From Thermoanaerobaculia bacterium (lineage in GTDB: Bacteria > Acidobacteriota > Thermoanaerobaculia > Multivoradales > UBA5704): DNA of 64,000 nt. The translations under genes and the position numbers were made by a program. Below are positions 16,253 through 25,044 of this stretch, one piece after another. The stretch covers positions 188 to 64,187 of the forward strand of contig DATLNC010000183.1 in the NCBI GenBank assembly GCA_035536935.1. The letters are read 5' to 3'. Under the pieces are notes generated by a model. It had not been told where the DNA came from, did no database searches, and saw only the letters and a list, made by a program, of their open reading frames with translations. Within the stretch, counting starts at the first letter, position 1. Each line of letters opens with the position of its first letter.

Positions 16253-18943
16253 CTATTGCGGGGGAGGCTCGCCCTCGGATGCCGCGGCGTCGGCCGCCTG
16301 CTTCTTCTTCTTCGCTTCGGCTTGCAGGCGCTCCAGCTCCTTCTGATACTTCCGCAGCTCGGCTTCCTTCTTCTTGCGGATGGAGGCCTCGCGCCGCGCC
16401 ATCTCCTCCTTGACCATCTTTTCGATCTCGTCCTGGGAGAGGGCCGCGGCCGACTCCGGGGTTGGGACCGGAGCGGCGACCGGGACGGGTGCCGGGGACT
16501 TCGGCGCCTGGGCCGCCGGAGCCTGCCTCTCGGCCGGGGTATTCGCCGGCGCATTCGCCGCGGGCCGGCGCAGGAACAGGAAGGTCAGGATCGCCACCAC
16601 GACCAGGGCGGCAATGATCATATAGAGGAGGTTGCGGCTGCGGGGCGCGGTCTCCCCCACGTGGACTTCGCCCATGGGGGCCACCGCGGCGAGTATTGGC
16701 TCCCGGAGCGGCTCCGGCTCGGGAGCGGGCTCGGGCGGGGCGGGCCACTCGGGAGCGACGAAGGAACCCTCCAGCTCCAGCTCCAGCTCGGGGGCCGGGG
16801 CTGCCGCTGCCGCCGGCGGCGGCACGGCCGCCGGGTAGGCGGGGGCGCTCCAGTCGCCGCTCGCCGGCTCCTCCTCCAGGACCTTGTGCACCCAGGCCGC
16901 CAGGTCGGTGGGATCGGGCGACAGGCCGAGCGCGTGGAGCACGGACTCGATCTTCTGCTTCATCTCGCCGGCGCTGGCGAAGCGGGCCTGCGGGTCGTAG
17001 GCGAGGGCGCGGGCCACGATCTCGTCCACCTCGACCGGGATCGACGGATCGCTCTGCCGCGTGGAGCGGATCTGCCCCTGGCGCACCGCTTCCAGCACGG
17101 AGATCTCGGTGTCGCCGGTGAACAGGCGCTCGCCGGTGAGCATCTCGTAGAGGACGGAGCCCAGGGAGAAGAGGTCCGAGCGCGAGTCGACCGCCCGGCC
17201 CCAGGCCTGCTCGGGGGACATGTACTGCAGCTTCCCCTTGAGCGCGCCCATCTGGGTCTGACCCGCTTTCGACACGGCCTTGGCGATGCCGAAGTCGCAG
17301 AGCTTGACGTCCCCCTCCAGGCTGAGGAGCACGTTCTGCGGCGAGACGTCCCGGTGCACCAGGCCCATCTCCCGGTCCTCGAAGTCCCGCTTGCGGTGGG
17401 CGTAGTCGAGGGCGCTGGCCAGCCGGGCGGCGATGAACAGCGCCAGCCCGAGGGGGAAGCGCACCCCCTTGCGCCGGCCGGCGTTCATCAGCGACCGCAG
17501 GTCCTTGCCGTCGACGTACTCCATCGCAATGTAGTAATCGCGGCCGATCTTGCCGAGGTCGTAGATGTGGACGATGTTCGGGTGGCTGAGCTGCGCCGCG
17601 AGCTTCGCCTCGTCGATGAACATGCCGACGAACTCGGAGTTGTCGGTCATGTGGGACAGGATCTTCTTGATCGCGACCGTCTTCTGGAACCCTTCGACGC
17701 CGCGCATCCGTGCCTTCCAGACCTCGGCCATGCCGCCGGCCGCGATCTTCTCCAGCAGCGTGTACTGGCCGAAGCGCTCGCCGCCCTCCATGGCTTCCGC
17801 GATATCGGAGAGCGGCGGCAGCTGGATGCGCTGCGTGGCGGCTGCGTCCACGACGCTCATGACGCTGCGGCCGGCCGGCGCCGGGATTGGAGTGAGAACC
17901 GGAGCAGCGGCCGGCTCGGGGATGGGCGGCCAGTCGGGCACCTCGGGCGGTTCCGGGAGGGCCTCGATGACGGCCTCCGGCATCTCCTCCGGTTTTTCCT
18001 CCGGCAGGACCTCCACGACCGGGGGAGGCGGCGGCGGCGGTGCCGCGACCACCTCCAGGGGAGGAGCTGGCGGGGGAGGGACCGGTTTCGGCTCGGGCCG
18101 TCGGGGCCGGGCCATCTCCTCCAGAGCGGAGATGTCGATCGGCCCCGTGTTGCGTGCCTTGGCCGGAGCCGGCGCGGCCGGCTTGGGGCGTCCGAGCTCC
18201 AGGGTCGAGAGCGTGCGGCTCAGCATGGCGTCGACGTCCCCGGAAGGCTCGGCCCGGCGGGGCGGAGGCGGGGGCGCAGCGGCCGGCTTCGGGGGAGCAG
18301 GAGCCGGAGCGGCTGGAGCCGGAGCCGGACGCGGTTTGGGCTCGCCGCCCAGCCCGAAGACGCCCGAGAGCGTCTGCTCGAGCTTGCGGTTGAGCTCGTC
18401 GTCGTCCCGGAGCGGGGGAGCGGGCCGGGGCGGGGCGGCCGGAGCCGGACTCAGAATGGGAACGGGAACGGGAGCGGGCCGCGGCGCGGGCGCAAGGAAG
18501 GGGGAGGCGCTCCCGATCTCCTCGTCCGAGTCTGCCTCCACCTCGGCCAGAACGTCGCCGAAGATGTCGTGCGAGGTGAGCATTACGGCGGAAGAGGGCG
18601 AAGCCTTCCTGGCGTTGCGCTGCACCACCAGGCGCAGCTCCTTGTCCGTGAACGGCTTGTTCAGATGGTCGTCGGCCCCGATCTCTGTGAACGGGCCCTC
18701 GCTCTCGGCGAGCAGCGCGACGACGCCGGGGCCTCCGCCCTGCCGGCGGAAGAGGTTGATGATGTTGTCCACACCCGGCGCCTCGGAGCTGATGAGGATC
18801 AGCGCCGGACTCTCGGTGGCCGCCACGTGCACGGCCGATTCGGACTGGTCCGCGACGCGGATGCTCCAGCCGTCAGCGCCCAGAGCGGCGCGAATCCGCT
18901 CGATGTAACGAGGCTCGGGCTCGACGACGAGGATCGAGGACAT
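16253..18943 (-). CDS. Membrane Ser/Thr protein kinase with N-terminal receiver-like domain
   Basis: AGGAGAG RBS. REC-like N-terminus, Pro-rich linkers, Hanks kinase motifs (AAGGMAEVWKA, VAIKK, HRDVSPQNVLL, DFGIAK, SPEQ), TM helix LLYMIIAALVVVAILTFLFL, Lys/Glu coiled-coil tail. Confidence 0.9.
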   Translation of the reverse strand: MSSILVVEPEPRYIERIRAALGADGWSIRVADQSESAVHVAATESPALILISSEAPGVDNIINLFRRQGGGPGVVALLAESEGPFTEIGADDHLNKPFTDKELRLVVQRNARKASPSSAVMLTSHDIFGDVLAEVEADSDEEIGSASPFLAPAPRPAPVPVPILSPAPAAPPRPAPPLRDDDELNRKLEQTLSGVFGLGGEPKPRPAPAPAAPAPAPPKPAAAPPPPPRRAEPSGDVDAMLSRTLSTLELGRPKPAAPAPAKARNTGPIDISALEEMARPRRPEPKPVPPPPAPPLEVVAAPPPPPPPVVEVLPEEKPEEMPEAVIEALPEPPEVPDWPPIPEPAAAPVLTPIPAPAGRSVMSVVDAAATQRIQLPPLSDIAEAMEGGERFGQYTLLEKIAAGGMAEVWKARMRGVEGFQKTVAIKKILSHMTDNSEFVGMFIDEAKLAAQLSHPNIVHIYDLGKIGRDYYIAMEYVDGKDLRSLMNAGRRKGVRFPLGLALFIAARLASALDYAHRKRDFEDREMGLVHRDVSPQNVLLSLEGDVKLCDFGIAKAVSKAGQTQMGALKGKLQYMSPEQAWGRAVDSRSDLFSLGSVLYEMLTGERLFTGDTEISVLEAVRQGQIRSTRQSDPSIPVEVDEIVARALAYDPQARFASAGEMKQKIESVLHALGLSPDPTDLAAWVHKVLEEEPASGDWSAPAYPAAVPPPAAAAAPAPELELELEGSFVAPEWPAPPEPAPEPEPLREPILAAVAPMGEVHVGETAPRSRNLLYMIIAALVVVAILTFLFLRRPAANAPANTPAERQAPAAQAPKSPAPVPVAAPVPTPESAAALSQDEIEKMVKEEMARREASIRKKKEAELRKYQKELERLQAEAKKKKQAADAAASEGEPPPQ

Positions 18944-19027
18944 GGGGAACTCTCCTGCTGAAAGACAAGCCTTTCTAACACTCCCAACCGCGAGAGTCAA
19001 TCGGCACGGCATCCAAGCGCCTGATTT

Positions 19028-19056
19028 TTGAGAGATTTACCACACCAGTGTAGAAT
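19028..19056 (+). promoter_or_regulatory. Sigma-70-like promoter for yebC (TTGAGA-17 nt-TAGAAT)
   Basis: -35 at 19028-19033, 17-nt spacer, -10 at 19051-19056. The ATG lies only 9 nt downstream, so the mRNA would be near-leaderless. Confidence 0.5.
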
Positions 19057-19065
19057 CTGAGGCCC

Positions 19066-19803
19066 ATGTCAGGCCATAGCAAGTGGAGCACGATCAAGCA
19101 CAAGAAGGCGACGACGGACCTCCGTCGCGGAAAGCTGTTCTCGAAGATCCTCAAGGAGATCACCGTGGCGGCCCGGATGGGCGGCGGCGATCCCAAGGGC
19201 AACCCCCGGCTGCGCACCGCGCTCCTCGACGCGCGCTCGAACAGCGTCCCGGGCGACAACATCGACCGCGCCATCAAGAAGGGCACCGGCGAGCTCGAAG
19301 GCGAGACCTATGACGAGGTCATCTACGAGGGTTACGGTACCGGCGGGGTGGCGGTGCTCGTCGAAGCGGCGACCGACAACCGCAACCGCACCACCGCCGA
19401 GGTCCGCCACCTCTTCAACCGCCATGGCGGGAGCCTGGCCGAAGCGGGCAGCGTCGCCTGGATGTTCAAGCGCCGCGGCTGGTTCAGCATCGAGCGCGGC
19501 GCGATGTCCGAGGAGCAGGTGATGGACCTCGCCCTGGAGCTGGGGGTCGACGACATCTCCGTCGAGGAGGACCGGTACGAGATGTACACGGCCCTGGAGG
19601 ACTTCATCACCGTCCAGGAGACGCTCGAGGCGCGTGAAGTCCCCCTCGCGGCCAAGGAGCTGGCGATGATCCCGCAGACCACGATCGAGATCCCCGCCGC
19701 CCGCGCCAACCAGATCCTGCGCCTGCTCGAAGCCCTGGAAGACCACGACGACGTCCAGAAGGTCTGGGCCAACCTCGACATCGACGAGAGCGTAGTGGCC
19801 TAG
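19066..19803 (+). CDS. yebC: YebC/PmpR-family transcriptional regulator
   Basis: MSGHSKWSTIKHKKA...GYGTGGVAVLVE, a full-length family match upstream of ruvC. Confidence 0.95.
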   Translation: MSGHSKWSTIKHKKATTDLRRGKLFSKILKEITVAARMGGGDPKGNPRLRTALLDARSNSVPGDNIDRAIKKGTGELEGETYDEVIYEGYGTGGVAVLVEAATDNRNRTTAEVRHLFNRHGGSLAEAGSVAWMFKRRGWFSIERGAMSEEQVMDLALELGVDDISVEEDRYEMYTALEDFITVQETLEAREVPLAAKELAMIPQTTIEIPAARANQILRLLEALEDHDDVQKVWANLDIDESVVA

Positions 19804-19819
19804 GCTTGGATGAAATAAC

Positions 19820-20323
19820 TTGTTGATTCTGGGCCTCGATCCGGGCAGTCTCCACACCGGCTACGGCCTGGTCGAGAGGCAGGGCTCCGCGCTGCGGGCG
19901 GTCGAGGCGGGCCGGATCTCCTGCCCCAAGACCCAGGCCGTCCCCTTCCGGCTGGCCCACCTCTCGGCCTGCCTCGGCGAGCTGCTGGACCGCTGCCAGC
20001 CCGATCTCGCCGTGCTGGAAACCCCGTTCCACGGCCTGAACAGCAAGTCGCTGATCGTGCTCGCCGAGGCGCGGGGAGTCCTACTCGCGGTCCTCGCCGG
20101 GCGCGGGCTGGAGATCCGGGAGTACACGCCGGCCGAGGTCAAGTCCGCCGTCACCGGCAACGGCCGGGCCGACAAGGACCAGGTGGCGCGCATGGTGCGC
20201 CTGCTTCTCGCCGCTCGCGGAGAGGCGTGGGCGAGCGACGCCACCGACGCTCTGGCCGTCGCCCTCTGCTGCGCGCAACGCCTTCGCCTCGACCGTCTCC
20301 GCGATCAGGTTGTGCTGTCCTGA
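19820..20323 (+). CDS. ruvC: Holliday junction resolvase RuvC
   Basis: TTG start. ILGLDPGSLHTGYG...YTPAEVKSAVTGNGRADKDQV. Confidence 0.93.
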   Translation: MLILGLDPGSLHTGYGLVERQGSALRAVEAGRISCPKTQAVPFRLAHLSACLGELLDRCQPDLAVLETPFHGLNSKSLIVLAEARGVLLAVLAGRGLEIREYTPAEVKSAVTGNGRADKDQVARMVRLLLAARGEAWASDATDALAVALCCAQRLRLDRLRDQVVLS

Positions 20324-20373
20324 GGGGATGTGGCTATAATCGTCTCCTCTCAGGGGCGACAGGCCGATAAAAC

Positions 20374-21195
20374 ATGGCATTCCAGGGATCTCTCAAGGAA
20401 CTACCTCTTCCCGACATCATCCAGCTCGTCTCGGTGTCGGGGAAGACGGGTGTGTTCGAGCTGCGCCGCAACGGGGACTCCACGGGGGAGATCTACCTGC
20501 GCGGCGGCCACATCGTGCACGCGCACGTCGGCGACCTGCAGGGTGAGGAGGCGGTCTACGAGCTCGCCATCTGGCCCGAGGGCGAGTTCGTCTTCACGCC
20601 CGGCATGGAGACCCAGCTCACCACCATCCAGAAGTCGAACACCAACCTCCTGATGGAGGCGGCGCGCCGCATCGACGAGTGGCAGGTGCTCTCCAAGCGC
20701 ATCCCCTCCACCCGCCTGGTGCCCGTCTTCACCAACCAGGCGGCGACCACGTCGGTCTCGCTCACCCCGCAGGAGTGGGGCCTGATCTGCAAGATCGACG
20801 AGCGCCGGTCCATCGAGGAGATCGCGGTCGGCCTGGACATGAGCGCGTTCGAGGTCTGCAAGCTCCTCTACGGGCTGATCACCTCCGGCCTGGTCTCGCT
20901 CAACGAGGACCTGAGCCGCCTGGGCACCGAGCGCCTGCGCACCATGAGCCCGCAGGACCTCCACCAGCTTGCCGAGAGCATCCACCAGCAGGCGCGCGGC
21001 ATCCTCTCCGGCCACCCGCGGCAGATGGAGCTGGACGTCCCGTTCCGCATGAGCAAGGCCGAGATGGACGCCGGCCGCGGCGTCGAGGCCGTCCTCGATC
21101 TCGTCCGCGCCGAGGAGAAGGTCGTCTCCGCCTCCCTCGGACCCCACCAGAGCAAGGCGTTCCTCGAACGGATCGCGCAGCTTCTGGGAGCATAG
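20374..21195 (+). CDS. DUF4388 domain protein
   Basis: N-terminus GSLKELPLPDIIQLVSVSGKTGVFELRRNG...GEEAVYELAIWPEGEFVF is typical of DUF4388. Confidence 0.75.
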   Translation: MAFQGSLKELPLPDIIQLVSVSGKTGVFELRRNGDSTGEIYLRGGHIVHAHVGDLQGEEAVYELAIWPEGEFVFTPGMETQLTTIQKSNTNLLMEAARRIDEWQVLSKRIPSTRLVPVFTNQAATTSVSLTPQEWGLICKIDERRSIEEIAVGLDMSAFEVCKLLYGLITSGLVSLNEDLSRLGTERLRTMSPQDLHQLAESIHQQARGILSGHPRQMELDVPFRMSKAEMDAGRGVEAVLDLVRAEEKVVSASLGPHQSKAFLERIAQLLGA

Positions 21196-21205
21196 AATCC
21201 CGCAC

Positions 21206-22492
21206 ATGAGATGTACCCCTGCCGCGGCCTTGATCCTTCTGGTCCTGGGCGCCGCCCCTCTGCCGGCTCAGGAGCCGGAGGCGACCCCCGCGCCGGAAGC
21301 GACTCCGCCCCCGGAGCCCGCGCCTTCCGAGGCGGCGCCCGGAGAGACTCCGCCTCCGGCTGAAGTCCCGGAGGGGCCCGAGGGAGAAGAGGAGCCCCGG
21401 CCCAAGCCGCCGAGCGAGCGCTATCTGCCGCGGCTCGACGTCTACTTTCCCGAAGGCGATCTCGACCTCAGGGTGAACCGCCTCATCAACAAAGTCTTCT
21501 TCGAAGGCCAGGTGAAGTACAATTTCATCAAGGGTGATATTTCGGCGTTCCTGAGATACCGGTACTACGGCTTTCAGCGCATCACCCAGTTCACCGTGTT
21601 CGATGCGATCGAGTTCGACGATGTCGAAGACTTCAGCAGCGATTTCGACCGGGTGCGCGGCACGCTCCTGCTCCTGCAGTGGCCGCACAGCTACCACCAG
21701 CGCACCTTCGTCCTGGCGGAGCTCGACCGGATCAGCACCAACAAAGAGGACGTGGCCCAGATCCTGCGCCTCGGGCGGACGAACACGTTTCTCCGCCTGG
21801 GCTACCAGCTCGGCACCCCCGAGGACGCCCGGTCGAACGCGATCGTCGGCGAGACCCGCGCCCGCAGCGAGCGGCTGTTCACGGCCTTCCGCGAGATCGG
21901 CCCCGGCGGCTTCGGCTTCACCGGCGCGCTCACCTCGGGCTTCGACATCGGCTTCGGCGACTTCGACTACCTCAAGCTGGAGACCGAGTTGCTGAAGAGG
22001 TTCGACGTCTCCGACCGGACCTTCCTGGTGGGCCGGCTGCACGCCGGCTCCTTCCTGCGCAAGGGCCTCCGGGACCGCGAGGACCTTCCCGACGACTTCA
22101 ACGAGTTCGACGAGCTGTCGATCCCGCTCGGCGAATACTTCCGCCTCGACGGCCGCGAGAACCTCAAGGGGATCAGCGAAAAGCTCCGCGGAACGGACGA
22201 GATTCACACGACCTTGGAGTATTTCTTTCCCTGGTTCCTGGGCGCCGACCACAAATTTCTCAAGCTCAACTGGCAGAACTGGTACTGGATCCTGTACGGC
22301 GGCGTGGGCAATATAGGTTTAGATACAGATATTTACACCGACTTCGGCGCGTACGTCCCAGACGCCGGCATCGGTTTCGAGTCTTCCTTCAATCTCAGAA
22401 AATACAGATTCTTTCTTTCCGGAATCGTGGCACAAGCTTTGAAAGGAGAAGGAGGAGTGGAGGCGCGTGTCTCCGTCAAGTCGTACCGCTGA
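21206..22492 (+). CDS. Secreted, probably outer-membrane beta-barrel protein (Omp85-like C-terminus suspected)
   Basis: Signal peptide, Pro/Glu-rich linker, alternating beta-strand pattern, aromatic C-terminal residues ...VKSYR. The family assignment is weak. Confidence 0.6.
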   Translation: MRCTPAAALILLVLGAAPLPAQEPEATPAPEATPPPEPAPSEAAPGETPPPAEVPEGPEGEEEPRPKPPSERYLPRLDVYFPEGDLDLRVNRLINKVFFEGQVKYNFIKGDISAFLRYRYYGFQRITQFTVFDAIEFDDVEDFSSDFDRVRGTLLLLQWPHSYHQRTFVLAELDRISTNKEDVAQILRLGRTNTFLRLGYQLGTPEDARSNAIVGETRARSERLFTAFREIGPGGFGFTGALTSGFDIGFGDFDYLKLETELLKRFDVSDRTFLVGRLHAGSFLRKGLRDREDLPDDFNEFDELSIPLGEYFRLDGRENLKGISEKLRGTDEIHTTLEYFFPWFLGADHKFLKLNWQNWYWILYGGVGNIGLDTDIYTDFGAYVPDAGIGFESSFNLRKYRFFLSGIVAQALKGEGGVEARVSVKSYR

Positions 22493-22635
22493 ACCCCGCT
22501 CTTCGGTCCACGGCTTGGCAGGACGGCACGTCGTGGAGGAGGAGCGTTCCACGGAAAGTAGGGCAAATTCCGCAGAGGCTGGCCCCTGAAGGGGTCCTCT
22601 GCCGTTTCCCAGGCTAACAGGCCGGAGGAGAGCGC

Positions 22636-23940
22636 ATGAAAAAGCTCAAATTGTTGTTGTTGGTGGCGCTGGTGGGCCTATGGCCCATGCTGGCGTTGGC
22701 AGGAGAGGAGGCAAACGGTCCGACGGCGACAGGCGAGACGGGGCTCTTCACCCTGCTCAGCGGTGAAACCCTGCCTCAAGGCGGGTGGTCTTTCGGTCTG
22801 TATTACAACAACTGGGACCGCCTGATCGACTTCGACGACGATTTCTTCGGCGAGGACATCGACGATGACGGCGCAGAGCCCAGCGTCGACTGGAACCGGA
22901 TCAGCGCCAGCCTGGGCTACGGCATCACGGACCGCTGGGAGCTCAGCCTCATGGTTCCGTACGATGACCTCGAGGTCGACGACGACGACCTGTTCTTCGA
23001 CAATGACGATCTGGATGCCAGCGGCATCGGCAACGCCCGTCTCGGCACTAAGTTCCGGCTGATCGGCAACCGCGGCGAGGAAGGGACGAAGCTGGCCCTG
23101 AACCTCTTCGCCGAGCTCCCCACGGGCGATGACGACGTGGCGTCCGACGACGTCGGGTTCGGCGCCGGCCTCGGCTGGAGCCGCGCGAACTGGGTCTTCG
23201 ACATCGGCTACCGGGCTCCGGGCGACGATGACGAGGTGGACATTTCCGATGAGCTCCACGCGGGCATCGGCTATGCCGCGGGGATCAGCGACCGCTTCGA
23301 CTGGATCACCGAGGTGGTCGGCACCTTCTACGGCAACGGCGACATCGGTTACGAAGATGCCGTCGACCTCACCACCGGCGGCCGGCTCTGGCTCGGCGAC
23401 GGCAACTGGGCATTCAACTTCGCGCTGCGCACCGACTTGATGCAGCTCAGCGACATCGACGAGCACTGCCCGATCGGCGGCCTCCTCGGCCTGTCGCTCT
23501 TCCCCCGGATGTTCCAGGAGGAAGAGGTCATTCCGCCGCCGCCGCCACCTCCGCCGCCTCCGGCTGATGTGCCGCCGCCGCCGCCCCCGGCTCCGCCGCC
23601 ACCCCCGCCGCCTCCGCCGCCAGCTCCGCCGGCGCCTGAGCGGATGGAAGTGACGTGCGACTTCACTTCGGGCAGCGCCCGGACGAGCAACATCTGCAAG
23701 GCCCGCCTCGACGAGGTGGCTCTGCGGATGAAGCAGGAGTCCGACGCGACGGCTCAGGTCATCGGCTATGCCGACGGCACGTCCGGCTCGCAGTCCGCCA
23801 ACCAGCGGGTTGCCGAGCAGCGCGCCGAGGCGGTGAAGAACTACCTGGTGACGCGCCACGGGATCGACCCGAGCCGCATCACCACGGAAGGCCAGGTCAC
23901 CGACAGACTGTCGGCCGTGGTCATCCTCACCATCCCCTGA
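22636..23940 (+). CDS. OmpA-family outer-membrane protein with a poly-proline linker
   Basis: Signal peptide, Asp-rich beta-barrel half, a Pro tract of about 35 residues. OmpA-like C-terminus: ARLDEVALRMK...VIGYADGTSGS..NQRVAEQRAEAVKNYLV. Confidence 0.85.
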   Translation: MKKLKLLLLVALVGLWPMLALAGEEANGPTATGETGLFTLLSGETLPQGGWSFGLYYNNWDRLIDFDDDFFGEDIDDDGAEPSVDWNRISASLGYGITDRWELSLMVPYDDLEVDDDDLFFDNDDLDASGIGNARLGTKFRLIGNRGEEGTKLALNLFAELPTGDDDVASDDVGFGAGLGWSRANWVFDIGYRAPGDDDEVDISDELHAGIGYAAGISDRFDWITEVVGTFYGNGDIGYEDAVDLTTGGRLWLGDGNWAFNFALRTDLMQLSDIDEHCPIGGLLGLSLFPRMFQEEEVIPPPPPPPPPPADVPPPPPPAPPPPPPPPPPAPPAPERMEVTCDFTSGSARTSNICKARLDEVALRMKQESDATAQVIGYADGTSGSQSANQRVAEQRAEAVKNYLVTRHGIDPSRITTEGQVTDRLSAVVILTIP

Positions 23941-23964
23941 CACCAACCGATACGGAAGCACAAA

Positions 23965-23996
23965 GGCCCCGCCGCCAGGCGGGGCCTTTTGTTTGG
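23965..23996 (+). terminator. Rho-independent terminator
   Basis: GGCCCCGCC-gcca-GGCGGGGCC followed by TTTTGTTTGG. Confidence 0.8.
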
Positions 23997-24003
23997 TCCC
24001 GTT

Positions 24004-24130
24004 CCCCCTCGCCCCAGCCCTCTCCCCCGTGCCGGGGGAGAGGGGGCCGAACGGCCGCCATGTGGTTTCTTGCCGGGTATGGGTGGGGGCTCCCTCTCCC
24101 GCGAAGCGGGGGAGGGCAGGGGAGGGGGCT
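24004..24130. repeat. Inverted pair of REP-like hairpin/G4 elements (R2a, R2b)
   Basis: 24004-24049 and 24084-24130 are reverse complements of one another around a 34-nt centre. Confidence 0.85.
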
Positions 24131-24135
24131 TCTTC

Positions 24136-25044
24136 CTACCCTTCCGAAGTATCCAGCCGCTCGCGCCGCAGCGAAGCGATCGCTCCGAGCAGCCCGGCGC
24201 CTCCGCCGAGGAGCACCAGGAGCGCGGCTTGTCCCGGGGTGAGGAACCCCGTGGTGAGCACCGAGGCCGCGAGCGATCCCGTGCTCCGCGCCACGGCGGC
24301 CTGGTAGAGCAGATAGAGCCCGCCGGTGGCGAGCCCGCCGCCGATCAGCCCCTGGAGCAGCCCCTCGGTGTAGAACGGTCCGCGGATGTAGAACTCCGTG
24401 GCGCCCACCAGGCGCAGGATGGAGATCTCCTCCTGGTGCAGAAAAGCGGTCAGGCGGATCACGCTGCCCGTGGTGAAGATCGCCGCTCCCAGCAGCACGC
24501 CGGCCAGGGTCAGCCCGATCCCCCTCCCCAGGGCCACCAGCGTTTCGAGCTGTCCGAGCCACTCGCGATCGTCGTCCACCATCTCGACCTCGGCCCGCTG
24601 CCGCCACGCCTCGATCCAGGCCTGTGCCTCGGATCGCCGCGCGCCAGGGTCTTTCAGGCCGACCTCGATCGACGGCGGCAGCGGCTCCTCCTCCCATCCC
24701 TCGACCAGATCCGACATGCCGGGGAAGGTCTCGCGGAAGCGCGCCCGCGCCGCCGCTGAAGTCACGGCTTGCGCCGAGGCCACCCAGGGAGCCTGGCGCG
24801 CATCGGCCGTCAACTGCACCAGGACCGCATCCGGCGTGCCCGGCTTCAGATAGACCACGATCCGCATCTCGCGGCGCCAGCGCTCCACCGACTCGAGCAG
24901 GTTGCGGCTGGCGAGCAGGAAAGCGCCGCCGAGCAGCAGGCTCACCGCGATGGTCAGAATGGCCACGAGGCTCGTCTTCCAGCCGCGCACCAGGTTCACC
25001 AGGGCCTCGCGGATGAAATAGGTGAGAGCTCCGAGAAGCGTCAT
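24136..25044 (-). CDS. ftsX: Cell-division ABC permease-like protein FtsX
   Basis: Four-TM FtsX architecture. ATGA overlap with ftsE. Confidence 0.9.
   Translation of the reverse strand: MTLLGALTYFIREALVNLVRGWKTSLVAILTIAVSLLLGGAFLLASRNLLESVERWRREMRIVVYLKPGTPDAVLVQLTADARQAPWVASAQAVTSAAARARFRETFPGMSDLVEGWEEEPLPPSIEVGLKDPGARRSEAQAWIEAWRQRAEVEMVDDDREWLGQLETLVALGRGIGLTLAGVLLGAAIFTTGSVIRLTAFLHQEEISILRLVGATEFYIRGPFYTEGLLQGLIGGGLATGGLYLLYQAAVARSTGSLAASVLTTGFLTPGQAALLVLLGGGAGLLGAIASLRRERLDTSEG

Noticed and set aside
23521-23640. The CCG-rich tract as a non-coding simple repeat.
   Set aside because: It lies in frame between two well-supported domains of one ORF and encodes a polyproline linker.
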